This document shows, piece by piece, positions 55,135 through 63,790 of a stretch of 64,000 nt of DNA. The notes beneath the pieces were generated by a model, which was given only the letters and a program-made list of their open reading frames with translations, was not told the origin of the DNA and did not search any database. Positions within the stretch are counted from its first letter, which is position 1. Each line of letters opens with the position of its first letter. The stretch covers positions 1,553 through 65,552 of the forward strand of contig JAZFYD010000249.1 in assembly GCA_036443405.1 (NCBI GenBank). The letters are read 5' to 3'. The position numbers and the translations under genes were made by a program. The DNA is from Planctomycetota bacterium (GTDB lineage Bacteria > Planctomycetota > PLA2).

Positions 55135-56082
55135 ATGACTGGGATCCTCGAGGTCGATCTCGCGCGGTTCGATACCGGCGGCGCCGCGGAGCGCCGGGCG
55201 GTTGTGGACGGGGTCCGCCGCAGCCTGGAGACGGGGTTCGTGTTCCTGTCTTCGGCGATCGACCCTTCGCTCATCGACCGGGCGTACGCGCTGCTCGGGG
55301 ACTTCTTCCGTAAGCCGGTCGAAGAAAAAGATCGGCTCGCGGTTCCCGGTTCGAAAGGCCAAGTGGGTTACACCGGGACGCTGGTCGAGACCGCCGCGCA
55401 ATCCGACCATGCGGACTGGAAGGAAATGCTGAACTGGGGTCGCACGCCAGCGCCTGGCCACCCGCTGCGCGAGCGGTACCCGCACCGGTACATGGATGCG
55501 CTGCTGCCGGAGGAGACGGTCCCCGGCATTCACGACGCGCTCCTCGACCTGCACGACAAGATGCAGGAGTGCCAGCGTCTGTTCCTGCGCATCGTTGCCC
55601 TCGGGCTCGGCTGCGCCGAGGGGTATTTCGACACGCTCCTGGAAAACGGCCCGACGCTGACGCGCGCGATCCGGTATCCGCCGATGGCCGCGGCGCCCGC
55701 CGACGGGCACGTATGGGCGGAGGAGCACCTCGACATCAATCTGACGACGCTCCTCCCGCGGGCAACGGCGCGCGGCCTGCAGATGAGGGGTCCCAACGGC
55801 TGGGAGGACGTGGCGCCGCCGGAAGGAGCAGCGATCCTGAACACCGGGATGATGCTCGAACGAATCACGAACGGACGCATCTCGGCCGGGGTCCATCGGG
55901 TCGTCGGCGAGCCGGGTTCGAGTGCCGAGCGGATGAGCGTCGTGCAGTTTTGCCACCCGACACCCTGGTCCGTTCTCGCGCCGCTGCCGACTTGCATCGA
56001 CGCCGAACACCCGATCCGCTGGCCGCCGATCACAGCCGCCGACTGGCTCGACCAAGTCCTCCACGAGATCGGAATGGCGTAA
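55135..56082 (+). CDS. 2-oxoglutarate/Fe(II)-dependent oxygenase (isopenicillin-N-synthase-like)
   Basis: Start MTGILEVDLARF (ATG 55135). HxD facial-triad motif EHLDIN, a distal His and RxS in GRISAGVHRV. Confidence 0.75.
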   Translation: MTGILEVDLARFDTGGAAERRAVVDGVRRSLETGFVFLSSAIDPSLIDRAYALLGDFFRKPVEEKDRLAVPGSKGQVGYTGTLVETAAQSDHADWKEMLNWGRTPAPGHPLRERYPHRYMDALLPEETVPGIHDALLDLHDKMQECQRLFLRIVALGLGCAEGYFDTLLENGPTLTRAIRYPPMAAAPADGHVWAEEHLDINLTTLLPRATARGLQMRGPNGWEDVAPPEGAAILNTGMMLERITNGRISAGVHRVVGEPGSSAERMSVVQFCHPTPWSVLAPLPTCIDAEHPIRWPPITAADWLDQVLHEIGMA

Positions 56083-56127
56083 CCGCGATGTGGTGGCGCC
56101 GCCGATCGCTGGCGATAACCCTATAAT

Positions 56128-57396
56128 GTGGCCCGTCCCGATGAGGTAGCAACTTTGCGATGGATCATTGTCTTGGTAGTGGGGGTTTGCATCGGGGCGG
56201 CCCTTCCCGGTCTTCTTGACGGTTCGAACGACGGCGTCCCCGCACGCACGGCGAGTGAGTCCTCCGACGGACTCCCCGGCCTGAACGTCACGGCCAACCC
56301 CGACGACGCCGAGTTGCTCGCGCGTATCGCCGAGCTCCAGGCGCTCATCGAGAAGCTCCGTGCGAACCCGTTCCCGAAACCGAAGGAGTGGGAGGCCGAT
56401 ACGCCCGAGTCGCTCAAGAAGCTGCTCGAGGAGGCGTATGCGGAGAACAACGTCGATTGGCTGGTCGAGGTCATCCGGCGCCTGCTCGCGATGGGCGACG
56501 AGGGTTATCCGATCCTGCGCCGCCTGATCGAGGACATCGCGTTCCGCGGGAAATTCCTGCCGACCGGTGCGGACTTCCGCGTCGACCAGGCTTACGAGTT
56601 CGGCAAGATCTTCACCAACCAGGAAGAAGACATCATCGGGTTCCTGAACTTCCTGCTGCGCGAGAAGCGGACCATCCCGATCATGAAGCAAATCGCGATG
56701 ATGGGTGCGGCCTACTTCGTCGGCTCGAAGGCGAAGGGCACGGAGGAGCTGCAACAGACGTTGTTGCAGATCTTCATGGAGCAGGGTGCAACAGGTGGAG
56801 CCGGCGCGATGATGGGCGGGATGCCGGCGAACGCCGCGCAGAAGATGCAGGTGTTTGCGATGGCCATGTCGGGCGACCCGGCGATGGTCGGGCCGTTGCG
56901 GGCGCAACTCGCTGCGACCAAGGACAAGGGCGTGCAGGGCGACATCATCGGCGCTCTCGCGTACCTCGGTGATCCCACGATGGTGCCGCTCATCAAGGAG
57001 CGCCTCGATCCGACCAAGGGAGACTTCAGTCGCGAACTCGATGCGCTCGGTCGTGTCGGCACGCCGGAGGCACACGACACCGCGGCCGGATTCCTGAAGG
57101 CAATTCCGGACTCGAAGCGCTTCTATCGCCATGCGCGCCGGTACATGAGGTCGGGTGGCGGCATCTCCGCCGTGATGCTCATGCAGGAGCGCATCAAGGC
57201 GAACCCGAACGATCCGGAGGTCGCGCGCACGATCGGATCGCTGCGGCGTTTCCCGACGACCGAGAGCCGCGACACGTTGGCGTTCGTTCGTGACAGCGCA
57301 GGCGACGCGAAGGTGAGAAAGCGCGCCGACGATGCGGTGCAGGAGATCGACCGCACACTGCGTGGCGAGATCCCCGAGAGGTTCCAGGCGAAGTAG
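56128..57396 (+). CDS. Secreted or anchored alpha-helical repeat (HEAT-like) protein of unknown function
   Basis: N-terminal hydrophobic helix WIIVLVVGVCIGAALPGLL, followed by helical repeats. Start uncertain. Confidence 0.5.
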   Translation: MARPDEVATLRWIIVLVVGVCIGAALPGLLDGSNDGVPARTASESSDGLPGLNVTANPDDAELLARIAELQALIEKLRANPFPKPKEWEADTPESLKKLLEEAYAENNVDWLVEVIRRLLAMGDEGYPILRRLIEDIAFRGKFLPTGADFRVDQAYEFGKIFTNQEEDIIGFLNFLLREKRTIPIMKQIAMMGAAYFVGSKAKGTEELQQTLLQIFMEQGATGGAGAMMGGMPANAAQKMQVFAMAMSGDPAMVGPLRAQLAATKDKGVQGDIIGALAYLGDPTMVPLIKERLDPTKGDFSRELDALGRVGTPEAHDTAAGFLKAIPDSKRFYRHARRYMRSGGGISAVMLMQERIKANPNDPEVARTIGSLRRFPTTESRDTLAFVRDSAGDAKVRKRADDAVQEIDRTLRGEIPERFQAK

Positions 57397-57398
57397 AC

Positions 57399-58925
57399 GT
57401 GCCGTTGCGCGCGTCGATTCTCGCTGGGCTGCTCGTAGGGTTGCTCGCGGCGGGCGCTCATGCCGAGGGACAGGACGCGGAGGAACGTCCGGGGCTGCAA
57501 AACGCATCGTTCGAACAGGCCGGCGGCGGCGTTCCCGGCTGGACGTTGACGCAGGGCGCGACGACCGACGGCTCGGGGGCGAGTTCCAAGCTCGTGATCG
57601 ATCGCACCGTGGCGTCGGCGGGTTCGGCGTCGCTGCGGGTCGAAGGGCGCGCCGACACATCGCTTTGGAACTTGGCGGAGCAGAAACTCGTCGCGCGTGC
57701 CGGCGATCGAGTATCGCTCCGCGCGCGCGCGAAGTGCATTGGCGTGAAGCGCGAGGGGCATCAGTTCGGCAACGCGCATGTGCATCTGATATTTGTGGAC
57801 GCCGCCGGAAAGAGGTTGGCGTTCGTGACGTCTTTGGCGCTGTCGGGTGAGACCGATTGGACCACTCTCGGGGTTACAGCGATCGCACCGCCGGGCACGA
57901 CGCACCTGCGCGCCGGCTTGTTCTTTTCGATGACCGGCACGATGTGGTTCGACGGCGTCAAGGTGACGCGGGCCGCGACGGAGCCGTTCGACAGGGCCGT
58001 GCGTGAAGCGGCGCTGCGCGATCTCTTCGAACACCTCGGTCGCACTTACACATTCTTCGGGTATCGCGGCAAGCCGACACTGTCCGGATTGCGCAAGAAG
58101 CACGAAGCGAGTGTGACCGCCGCGAAGGCGCGACCGGAGTTCCAGGCAGCGCTCGTCCGCATGCTTGCTGAGTTGACGGACATGCACGTTTGGCTGAAGA
58201 CGCCGGAGGGCATCGAGCCGACCATGCGAGAGCAGCATCCGAAGAACTGGAACATCCAGGCGATCCGGAACGCGCTGACGAAGACGTATCTCACGGAGAA
58301 CAACCTGCTTGCTGGCGAGATCGGATCCGTCGCGTACCTCGGCCTGGGTTCGTTTCAGTACGGTGGCCCAATTCAGCAAGCGATGCTGCACAGTGCCCTC
58401 GACCAGATGAAAGACGCGACCGCCATCGTGATCGACGTGCGTTTCAACATGGGGGGCAACGAGGCCATCGCGCAAGGGGTGGCCGCGCGCTTTTGCGCGA
58501 AGCGGGTGCTCTATGCGAAGAACGCGCGTCGTGACGGCGCCGGATTTCGCGAGTCAGGCCGGCGCTTTGTCGTGCCGAGTAGCCGCACGCCCTACACCAA
58601 GCCTGTCGTCGTGCTGCAGGGGCGCAACTGCGTCAGCAGCGGCGAGGGGTTCGTGGCGATGATGCGAGTGCTCGACAGCGTGACGACCGTTGGGCAACCG
58701 ACGCGCGGATCGAGTGGCAACCCGCAGCCGTTTCCGCTGCTGCCCGGCCTCGAGGTGTGGAGTTCGACTTGGCGCAGCCTCACGCCCGATGGAAAGTGCC
58801 ACGAGGGTGTCGGTTTGCCGCCCGACGTGGAGTTCGATCCGCCGCCGGCCGAGTTCGCGACCAGCGACCCGCTGCTTGAAAAGGCGTTGGCGATCTTGGG
58901 CAAGAAGACCGGCGCGCCGAAATGA
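57399..58925 (+). CDS. S41-family peptidase with an N-terminal carbohydrate-binding-like (CBM4/9-type) domain
   Basis: Signal peptide. NASFEQAGGGVPGWTL...SLRVEG jelly-roll-like N-domain. S41 core IVIDVRFNMGGN and VLQGRNCVSSGEGF (catalytic Ser context). Confidence 0.7.
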   Translation: MPLRASILAGLLVGLLAAGAHAEGQDAEERPGLQNASFEQAGGGVPGWTLTQGATTDGSGASSKLVIDRTVASAGSASLRVEGRADTSLWNLAEQKLVARAGDRVSLRARAKCIGVKREGHQFGNAHVHLIFVDAAGKRLAFVTSLALSGETDWTTLGVTAIAPPGTTHLRAGLFFSMTGTMWFDGVKVTRAATEPFDRAVREAALRDLFEHLGRTYTFFGYRGKPTLSGLRKKHEASVTAAKARPEFQAALVRMLAELTDMHVWLKTPEGIEPTMREQHPKNWNIQAIRNALTKTYLTENNLLAGEIGSVAYLGLGSFQYGGPIQQAMLHSALDQMKDATAIVIDVRFNMGGNEAIAQGVAARFCAKRVLYAKNARRDGAGFRESGRRFVVPSSRTPYTKPVVVLQGRNCVSSGEGFVAMMRVLDSVTTVGQPTRGSSGNPQPFPLLPGLEVWSSTWRSLTPDGKCHEGVGLPPDVEFDPPPAEFATSDPLLEKALAILGKKTGAPK

Positions 58926-59614
58926 CCGAGTTGCCGCAGCCGGTGTGGCTCGAGGGGGCGATGCCGCTGCCGGATCCGCGGCACGCGCCGGCCGACGGGC
59001 CGCTCGCCATCGGTGGCACTCTTTCGAAGAAACGGTTGCTGGAGGCGTATCGCGCCGGCATCTTCCCCTGGTACGAGGAGGGATTGCCCGTGCTCTGGTG
59101 GTCGCCGGACCCGCGGTTCCTGTTGGACCCGGCGTCGCTCGTGGTTCGACGTTCGGTGGCGCAGCGCATCCGCTCCGGTGTGTTCGAGGTCCGTTACGAC
59201 ACCGCTTTCGAGCGGGTGATGCGCGGCTGCGCAGAGACGCCGCGAAAACACGAAGCCGGCACGTGGATCACGCCGGACATGATCGAAGCGTACTGCGGGC
59301 TCTTTGACGCCGGCACGGCGCACAGTGTCGAGTGCTGGAAGGACGACGAACTCGTCGGTGGTCTTTACGGCGTGTCCTTGGGCGCGGCATTTTTCGGCGA
59401 GTCGATGTTCACACGGACGACGGATGCGTCCAAGGTCGCGTTTGTGCATCTCGCCGAGCGCGCAAAGGGCTGGGGCTTTCACTTCGTCGATTGCCAGATG
59501 CGCACCGAACACCTCGCGACGTTCGGCGCCGTGGACGTGCCGCGGGAAGAGTTCCTGGAGCGGTTGGCGGTGGCGGTTGGGCAGCCCACGCGTGAGGGGT
59601 CTTGGGCGGAGTAG
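58922..59614 (+). CDS. aat: Leucyl/phenylalanyl-tRNA--protein transferase
   Basis: LLEAYRAGIFPWY...VLWWSPDPR...LVGGLYGVSLGAAFFGESMF. ATGA overlap with the upstream stop. Confidence 0.85.
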   Translation: MTELPQPVWLEGAMPLPDPRHAPADGPLAIGGTLSKKRLLEAYRAGIFPWYEEGLPVLWWSPDPRFLLDPASLVVRRSVAQRIRSGVFEVRYDTAFERVMRGCAETPRKHEAGTWITPDMIEAYCGLFDAGTAHSVECWKDDELVGGLYGVSLGAAFFGESMFTRTTDASKVAFVHLAERAKGWGFHFVDCQMRTEHLATFGAVDVPREEFLERLAVAVGQPTREGSWAE

Positions 59615-59773
59615 TCCCCCCGGTCCCTGGAAGATCGTCCAACTAGACGTCGGACGTCTTTGGTTGCGCAAAGGTGCCAGGTGGCGCGGCGGTCGACTCT
59701 GGTTGCGGCGTGCGAAGCCCCGTTCCGCCGCTTACCAGGCACCGATCGCGGGTTAGTCGTTGTTGCCGGTGGA

Positions 59774-60922
59774 CTAACCCAACGCGCAGGCGTTCCTGCC
59801 GATCTCGAGGATCTGTTCCTCCTCCTCCGGCAATTTCAGGAGGCCGAGGTTGATCGCCTTGATCGAACGGTACGCCTCGGGGAACGAGCCCGTGCGGCGC
59901 ATGACCCAGTCGGTGAATGTCTCCTCGTCCTCGATGCGCAGCGGGCGGTTGTCCTCGCGTAGGCGTGACAGCGTGCGAAAGACCGTGCGGTCGCTGTTTC
60001 GCTCCTCGTCGCTCGCGTAGTGCGCCGGCATGATCATCAGCGCGCCGGGCCACTCGGCTTTGGTGCGCTCGAGGCTCTTCCATAGAATCTTGGTCCACGC
60101 TTCGGTCTTGTCGCCGAGGTCCGGCCGGCCGACCGAGTCGATGAAGATGAAATCGCCTGTGAATACGACGCGGCGACCGAGCCGGAACGAGCAACTGCCC
60201 TCGGTGTGACCCGGCGTGTGGTCGATCTCGATTTCGGCGTCGCCGACCGGGATGGCGTCGAAGTGCTCCATCGGGACGAAGTCGATGACACCCTTGCGAC
60301 CGTCGTACGGATACACCGCGTCTTTGGCGTGCAGGTAGTACGGCACTCCGAGATGCGCCGACAGGAGCGGGCCGCCGCTGATGTAGTCCGCGTGCGCGTG
60401 GGTGTCCGCGACGCCGATAACCCGTGCCCCGAGCCGAGCTGCGGCCTCGAGCATGCCGAGCCCCTTCTTGGGCGGATCGATGAGCAGCGCTTCACCGTGG
60501 CGCACGAGGACGTAGCTGAGCGAACCCTTGCCGATGCGGTCGAACTGGATGAGGTGGTCAAGCCCCTCGGGGGCAACCAGCGGCCGTTCGACGAGCGCGG
60601 TCATCCAAGCGGCCATGCCGCCGCGAACCGATGCGGCCTCGTATCCCTGGCTGCGGAGCAGTTGCGTGACCGGTCTGCTTTGGATGCCTCTGTTGCAGAT
60701 CACCGCCAGTTGGTCGTCGTGTTCGACGCCGACCACGTGCGGTTCGATCATCGAGAGCAGGTCGTCGCCGACGACTTGATGCGAGCGCTCCGGCGGAACG
60801 AGCTCGATCCTCATCGTGGCGATGCGGTCGGGCGTTCGGATGTCCAGGAGGTGGAGGTTTTTGCCCGCCTCGAGGCTCCGCGCCAACTCCTCGCAGGTGA
60901 TCTCGGGGATGCTGTCTTCCAT
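59774..60922 (-). CDS. Rhodanese domain fused to an MBL-fold hydrolase (persulfide-dioxygenase-like)
   Basis: Start MEDSIPEITCEEL (ATG 60922). Rhodanese loop VICNRGIQSR. MBL motif DTHAHADYISG plus a downstream HTPGHT. Confidence 0.75.
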   Translation of the reverse strand: MEDSIPEITCEELARSLEAGKNLHLLDIRTPDRIATMRIELVPPERSHQVVGDDLLSMIEPHVVGVEHDDQLAVICNRGIQSRPVTQLLRSQGYEAASVRGGMAAWMTALVERPLVAPEGLDHLIQFDRIGKGSLSYVLVRHGEALLIDPPKKGLGMLEAAARLGARVIGVADTHAHADYISGGPLLSAHLGVPYYLHAKDAVYPYDGRKGVIDFVPMEHFDAIPVGDAEIEIDHTPGHTEGSCSFRLGRRVVFTGDFIFIDSVGRPDLGDKTEAWTKILWKSLERTKAEWPGALMIMPAHYASDEERNSDRTVFRTLSRLREDNRPLRIEDEETFTDWVMRRTGSFPEAYRSIKAINLGLLKLPEEEEQILEIGRNACALG

Positions 60923-60954
60923 TGCAGAGATTTTCGCGTGCCCGGTCCGTCCCG

Positions 60955-61593
60955 TCAAACGACAGCTGTGGTATTCGGGCCGATTGCGGGCTTCTTGGCA
61001 GCGCGATGCATGGACAGCCGGCCCAGCATCTCTGCCGCGAGACCGCAGAGAGCGCCGGTGAGATGCGCCTCGCCGACCGGAACGCCGCTCAACCCGATGC
61101 CCGCGGTGAACAGGCGTGTGTCCAAAACAGTCTCCGCGACCGCCTTCAGGATCACGATCGCACCGAGTCCGTACGCGGCAGCACGCCGGCGTCTCGAGGC
61201 ACCTGGTTCGGCGGCCAGTTCGAATGCTTGCAACACCGCGAGCCCGTGCAGCACGCCGGACAGCCCGGCGTAACTCGCGAGGTCCGGCCGCGAGAGCAGG
61301 ACGCCGATGCCGACCAGCGGCGGCATCCACAAGAGAGCGTGCAGGCGGCGCAGGCGGCAGAGAATGATCGCGGCGGCGCCCGCATCCAGGAGCAGGTGCG
61401 CGGGATCGAGGTGCACGAAGTGCCCGGTCCACAGTTGCCACCAGCCGCTGCCGCCCGCGCCCGGTGGCACGAGCGCGAGGGGCGCGCCGAGGCCGGCGGC
61501 CCACGTCAGCGCGACCGCGGCCAGCGTGCACGCGATCGCCGGGACGAGGCGGACGCCGCCCGGGCGCCCGCCTCCAAGAAGTTGTCGGTTCAA
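60955..61593 (-). CDS. rrtA: Rhombosortase (rhomboid-family intramembrane serine protease, GlyGly-CTERM processing)
   Basis: WQLWTGHFVHLDPAHLLLD, catalytic GLSGVLHGL, and a distal AHLTGALCG. The TTG start overlaps the stop of the GlyGly-CTERM gene (TTGA); start uncertain. Confidence 0.75.
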   Translation of the reverse strand: MNRQLLGGGRPGGVRLVPAIACTLAAVALTWAAGLGAPLALVPPGAGGSGWWQLWTGHFVHLDPAHLLLDAGAAAIILCRLRRLHALLWMPPLVGIGVLLSRPDLASYAGLSGVLHGLAVLQAFELAAEPGASRRRRAAAYGLGAIVILKAVAETVLDTRLFTAGIGLSGVPVGEAHLTGALCGLAAEMLGRLSMHRAAKKPAIGPNTTAVV

Positions 61594-63644
61594 CGGCGTC
61601 TCCGCCGGCGGGCTGCGACCAACGCGAGCCCCGCAAACGGCAGCAATCCGAGCGGGCCGATCGCGCCGCCCCCGGATCCCCCGCCTCCAGATCCGCCGCC
61701 GCCGTTGTAGCTCCCGCCGCCGCGGTTTCTACGCGACGGTGCGTGGGCGGCCGTCCGCCCGGCCAACGGTTGGTGCTGCGTGTGTGTCAGCGCCGTGTTG
61801 CCACGTTGCGTGCGATTCGCGGCGGCGCGTCGCTCGCGCGCACGGCGTTTCGCGTTGGCGTCACCGATGCCGTAGTGGTTCTTGCGATCCGGGCCGACTA
61901 CGACCATCGACGTGTAGTCCGTGACAAGCGAGTAGGCCAACGCGATGTCGGTCACAGCTTGCGCCTTTTCCACATCGCTCTTCTCCTGCAACCACGCCTC
62001 GCGCTGGATGTCGCCGATGGCGCTGAGCGCGTACAGCCGTTCGATCTCAGGATTGCCATCCTCGGCGGCGGGCAGCGTCACGGGCAAATCCCATGTTTGT
62101 TTCTTGCCGGAGATGCGCGCGCTGACCTTCAATCTGGTCGCACCCGGTTTGTTGTAACGGCCAAAGACAACAAGCTGTTGTCCCACGTAGAGGTTCGGCA
62201 GGCGTTTGGGGTGTATGACCGTCGCACCGTCGAGTTCGAAGGTCACGTCGTGCATGGCCTCGTGGAACATGCGATCCCGCGCGAGCAGGAGGTGGGCGCC
62301 GATCTCGTCGTGGACGGACACCGCTTTGGCGAAACCGCCGCTGAGCACAGCCAAATCCTCGAGGAGCGGCCGGTTGGCGCTGTTGCCCATGATGAACGTG
62401 AAGAGCCGCATATCGTGGCCGCGGACCTGATTGATGAAGTCGCGATAGTGGTGCGGGCCGGCGTTGGCGACACCGTCACTGACCAGCACGATGGCCGCCG
62501 GGCGGTCGTCATCCGCGCACCGGTACGCTGCGTCGAGTGCCCCGAAGATGTTGGTGCCGCCGCCGGATTCGATCTTGCGCACGCGGTTGGCAAGCTCCTG
62601 GAACCCGGTTGCGTTCACCCACCGCGTCGTGAGTGCGCGTGACGTGTTGTTGAACAGGATGACCTGGACGCGGTCCTTCGCTCCGAGACCCTCGATCGCG
62701 GTGCCGACGCCTTCGCGCAGCACGCGGATCTTCTCGCCCTGCATCGACCCGGAGATGTCGAGCACGAACATCCAGTCCGTGCCGTTTTTTACCGGCGCCA
62801 AATCGGAGCCGGGGGTCACCACGGCCATGAAGGTTCCTTCGCCTTTGCCTTCGCGGTTGGTGAGCAACTCGACCCGCGCGGGGACGTTCTTGTCCAGGCG
62901 GTAGAGCAGCACGAAGTCGCGATCGAGCGCTGCGTTTGGCTGCTCGAAGCGCGCCGTCCATGCCGATTCGCCTTGTTGAGCCTGAACGCCGGGATGGCTG
63001 GGGGAGTGCAGCGCGTCCACCGGGAACGACGTCTTCAGCGTTACGCCGATCTCCAGTCTGCCCGCGACTTTGTCCATCGTCCAAAAGGAGCTGTTCATCG
63101 TCTCCTTCGTGTTGCCCGGCGTGAGCGGGTAGAGGTAGCGTCCGATGCCGCCGTCGATCTCCAGCGCCTGGTAATAGAGCACCGTCACGTCGACGGTGCC
63201 GCCCGCCGGCACGCGCGCCAGCGACACGCGGTACTCATAGAATCGATCCTGTTCCGCGAGCGCGGCCTGGCGCCCGCCGTCGCGTTCTTCGCGGTAGATG
63301 CGGCGGGCCTTTTCCTTCGCGACGACTTCGCCGATGTGGGTCTTCTGGTCGATCGTGTAGCTGAGTTCGCTGAGCGCGGCCTTTTGCGGCATGGGGAACG
63401 ACCAAGTGGCCTCGACCGTTGCCGCCGTCGTGTTCGTCAGGGTCTGGGTGATCTTGGTTTCGGCAAAGCCGTTGTTGATCACGACCTTGACGCGGTGGCT
63501 CTTGAGCGAGAGGCGTCCCGCCACGGGCCCGGGTTCCACCTCTTCGGTTTGGAGTTTTCGTTCCGCGCCGGGCGGAGCGGCGGTCACCTGGAGCGTGAGC
63601 GCGCCGATCGCGCCCAGCAGGAACAGCGTCTTGATGCGATTCAT
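61590..63644 (-). CDS. Secreted VIT + von Willebrand factor A domain protein with a GlyGly-CTERM sorting signal
   Basis: Signal peptide MNRIKTLFLLGAIGALTLQVTA. VIT-like N-domain. vWA MIDAS motif DISGS. C-terminus GGGGSGGGGSGGGAIGPLGLLPFAGLALVAARRRRRR (Gly-rich, then a hydrophobic helix, then an Arg cluster). Confidence 0.85.
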   Translation of the reverse strand: MNRIKTLFLLGAIGALTLQVTAAPPGAERKLQTEEVEPGPVAGRLSLKSHRVKVVINNGFAETKITQTLTNTTAATVEATWSFPMPQKAALSELSYTIDQKTHIGEVVAKEKARRIYREERDGGRQAALAEQDRFYEYRVSLARVPAGGTVDVTVLYYQALEIDGGIGRYLYPLTPGNTKETMNSSFWTMDKVAGRLEIGVTLKTSFPVDALHSPSHPGVQAQQGESAWTARFEQPNAALDRDFVLLYRLDKNVPARVELLTNREGKGEGTFMAVVTPGSDLAPVKNGTDWMFVLDISGSMQGEKIRVLREGVGTAIEGLGAKDRVQVILFNNTSRALTTRWVNATGFQELANRVRKIESGGGTNIFGALDAAYRCADDDRPAAIVLVSDGVANAGPHHYRDFINQVRGHDMRLFTFIMGNSANRPLLEDLAVLSGGFAKAVSVHDEIGAHLLLARDRMFHEAMHDVTFELDGATVIHPKRLPNLYVGQQLVVFGRYNKPGATRLKVSARISGKKQTWDLPVTLPAAEDGNPEIERLYALSAIGDIQREAWLQEKSDVEKAQAVTDIALAYSLVTDYTSMVVVGPDRKNHYGIGDANAKRRARERRAAANRTQRGNTALTHTQHQPLAGRTAAHAPSRRNRGGGSYNGGGGSGGGGSGGGAIGPLGLLPFAGLALVAARRRRRR

Positions 63645-63747
63645 GGTTCCGGGGTCCTTTCCGCCGCACCGGGACGCCTCGGCCCCGGGTGCGGCAAGCG
63701 TGTTTCTTGTCCACCTAGAGCTTCGCCCGGAATCCGCATCGCGCCAC

Positions 63748-63790
63748 GTATTAACAATGCTTCTATCAATAAGCTATGCTTATCGAAATG
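63748..63790. promoter_or_regulatory. AT-rich patch with an imperfect direct repeat in the divergent LysR / vWA-rhombosortase promoter region
   Basis: gtattaacaATGCTTCTATCAAtaagctATGCTTATCGAAatg stands out in GC-rich DNA. The second repeat overlaps the first candidate LysR ATG. Confidence 0.3.

Noticed and set aside
55027-57660. N-terminal 878 aa of the 1260-aa minus-strand ORF 53878..57660
   Set aside because: Only the last 382 codons (from MGKRTPRRYRL) look like a protein (the LOG family). The upstream part is low-complexity and antisense to two well-supported plus-strand genes (the 2OG oxygenase and the helical repeat protein).
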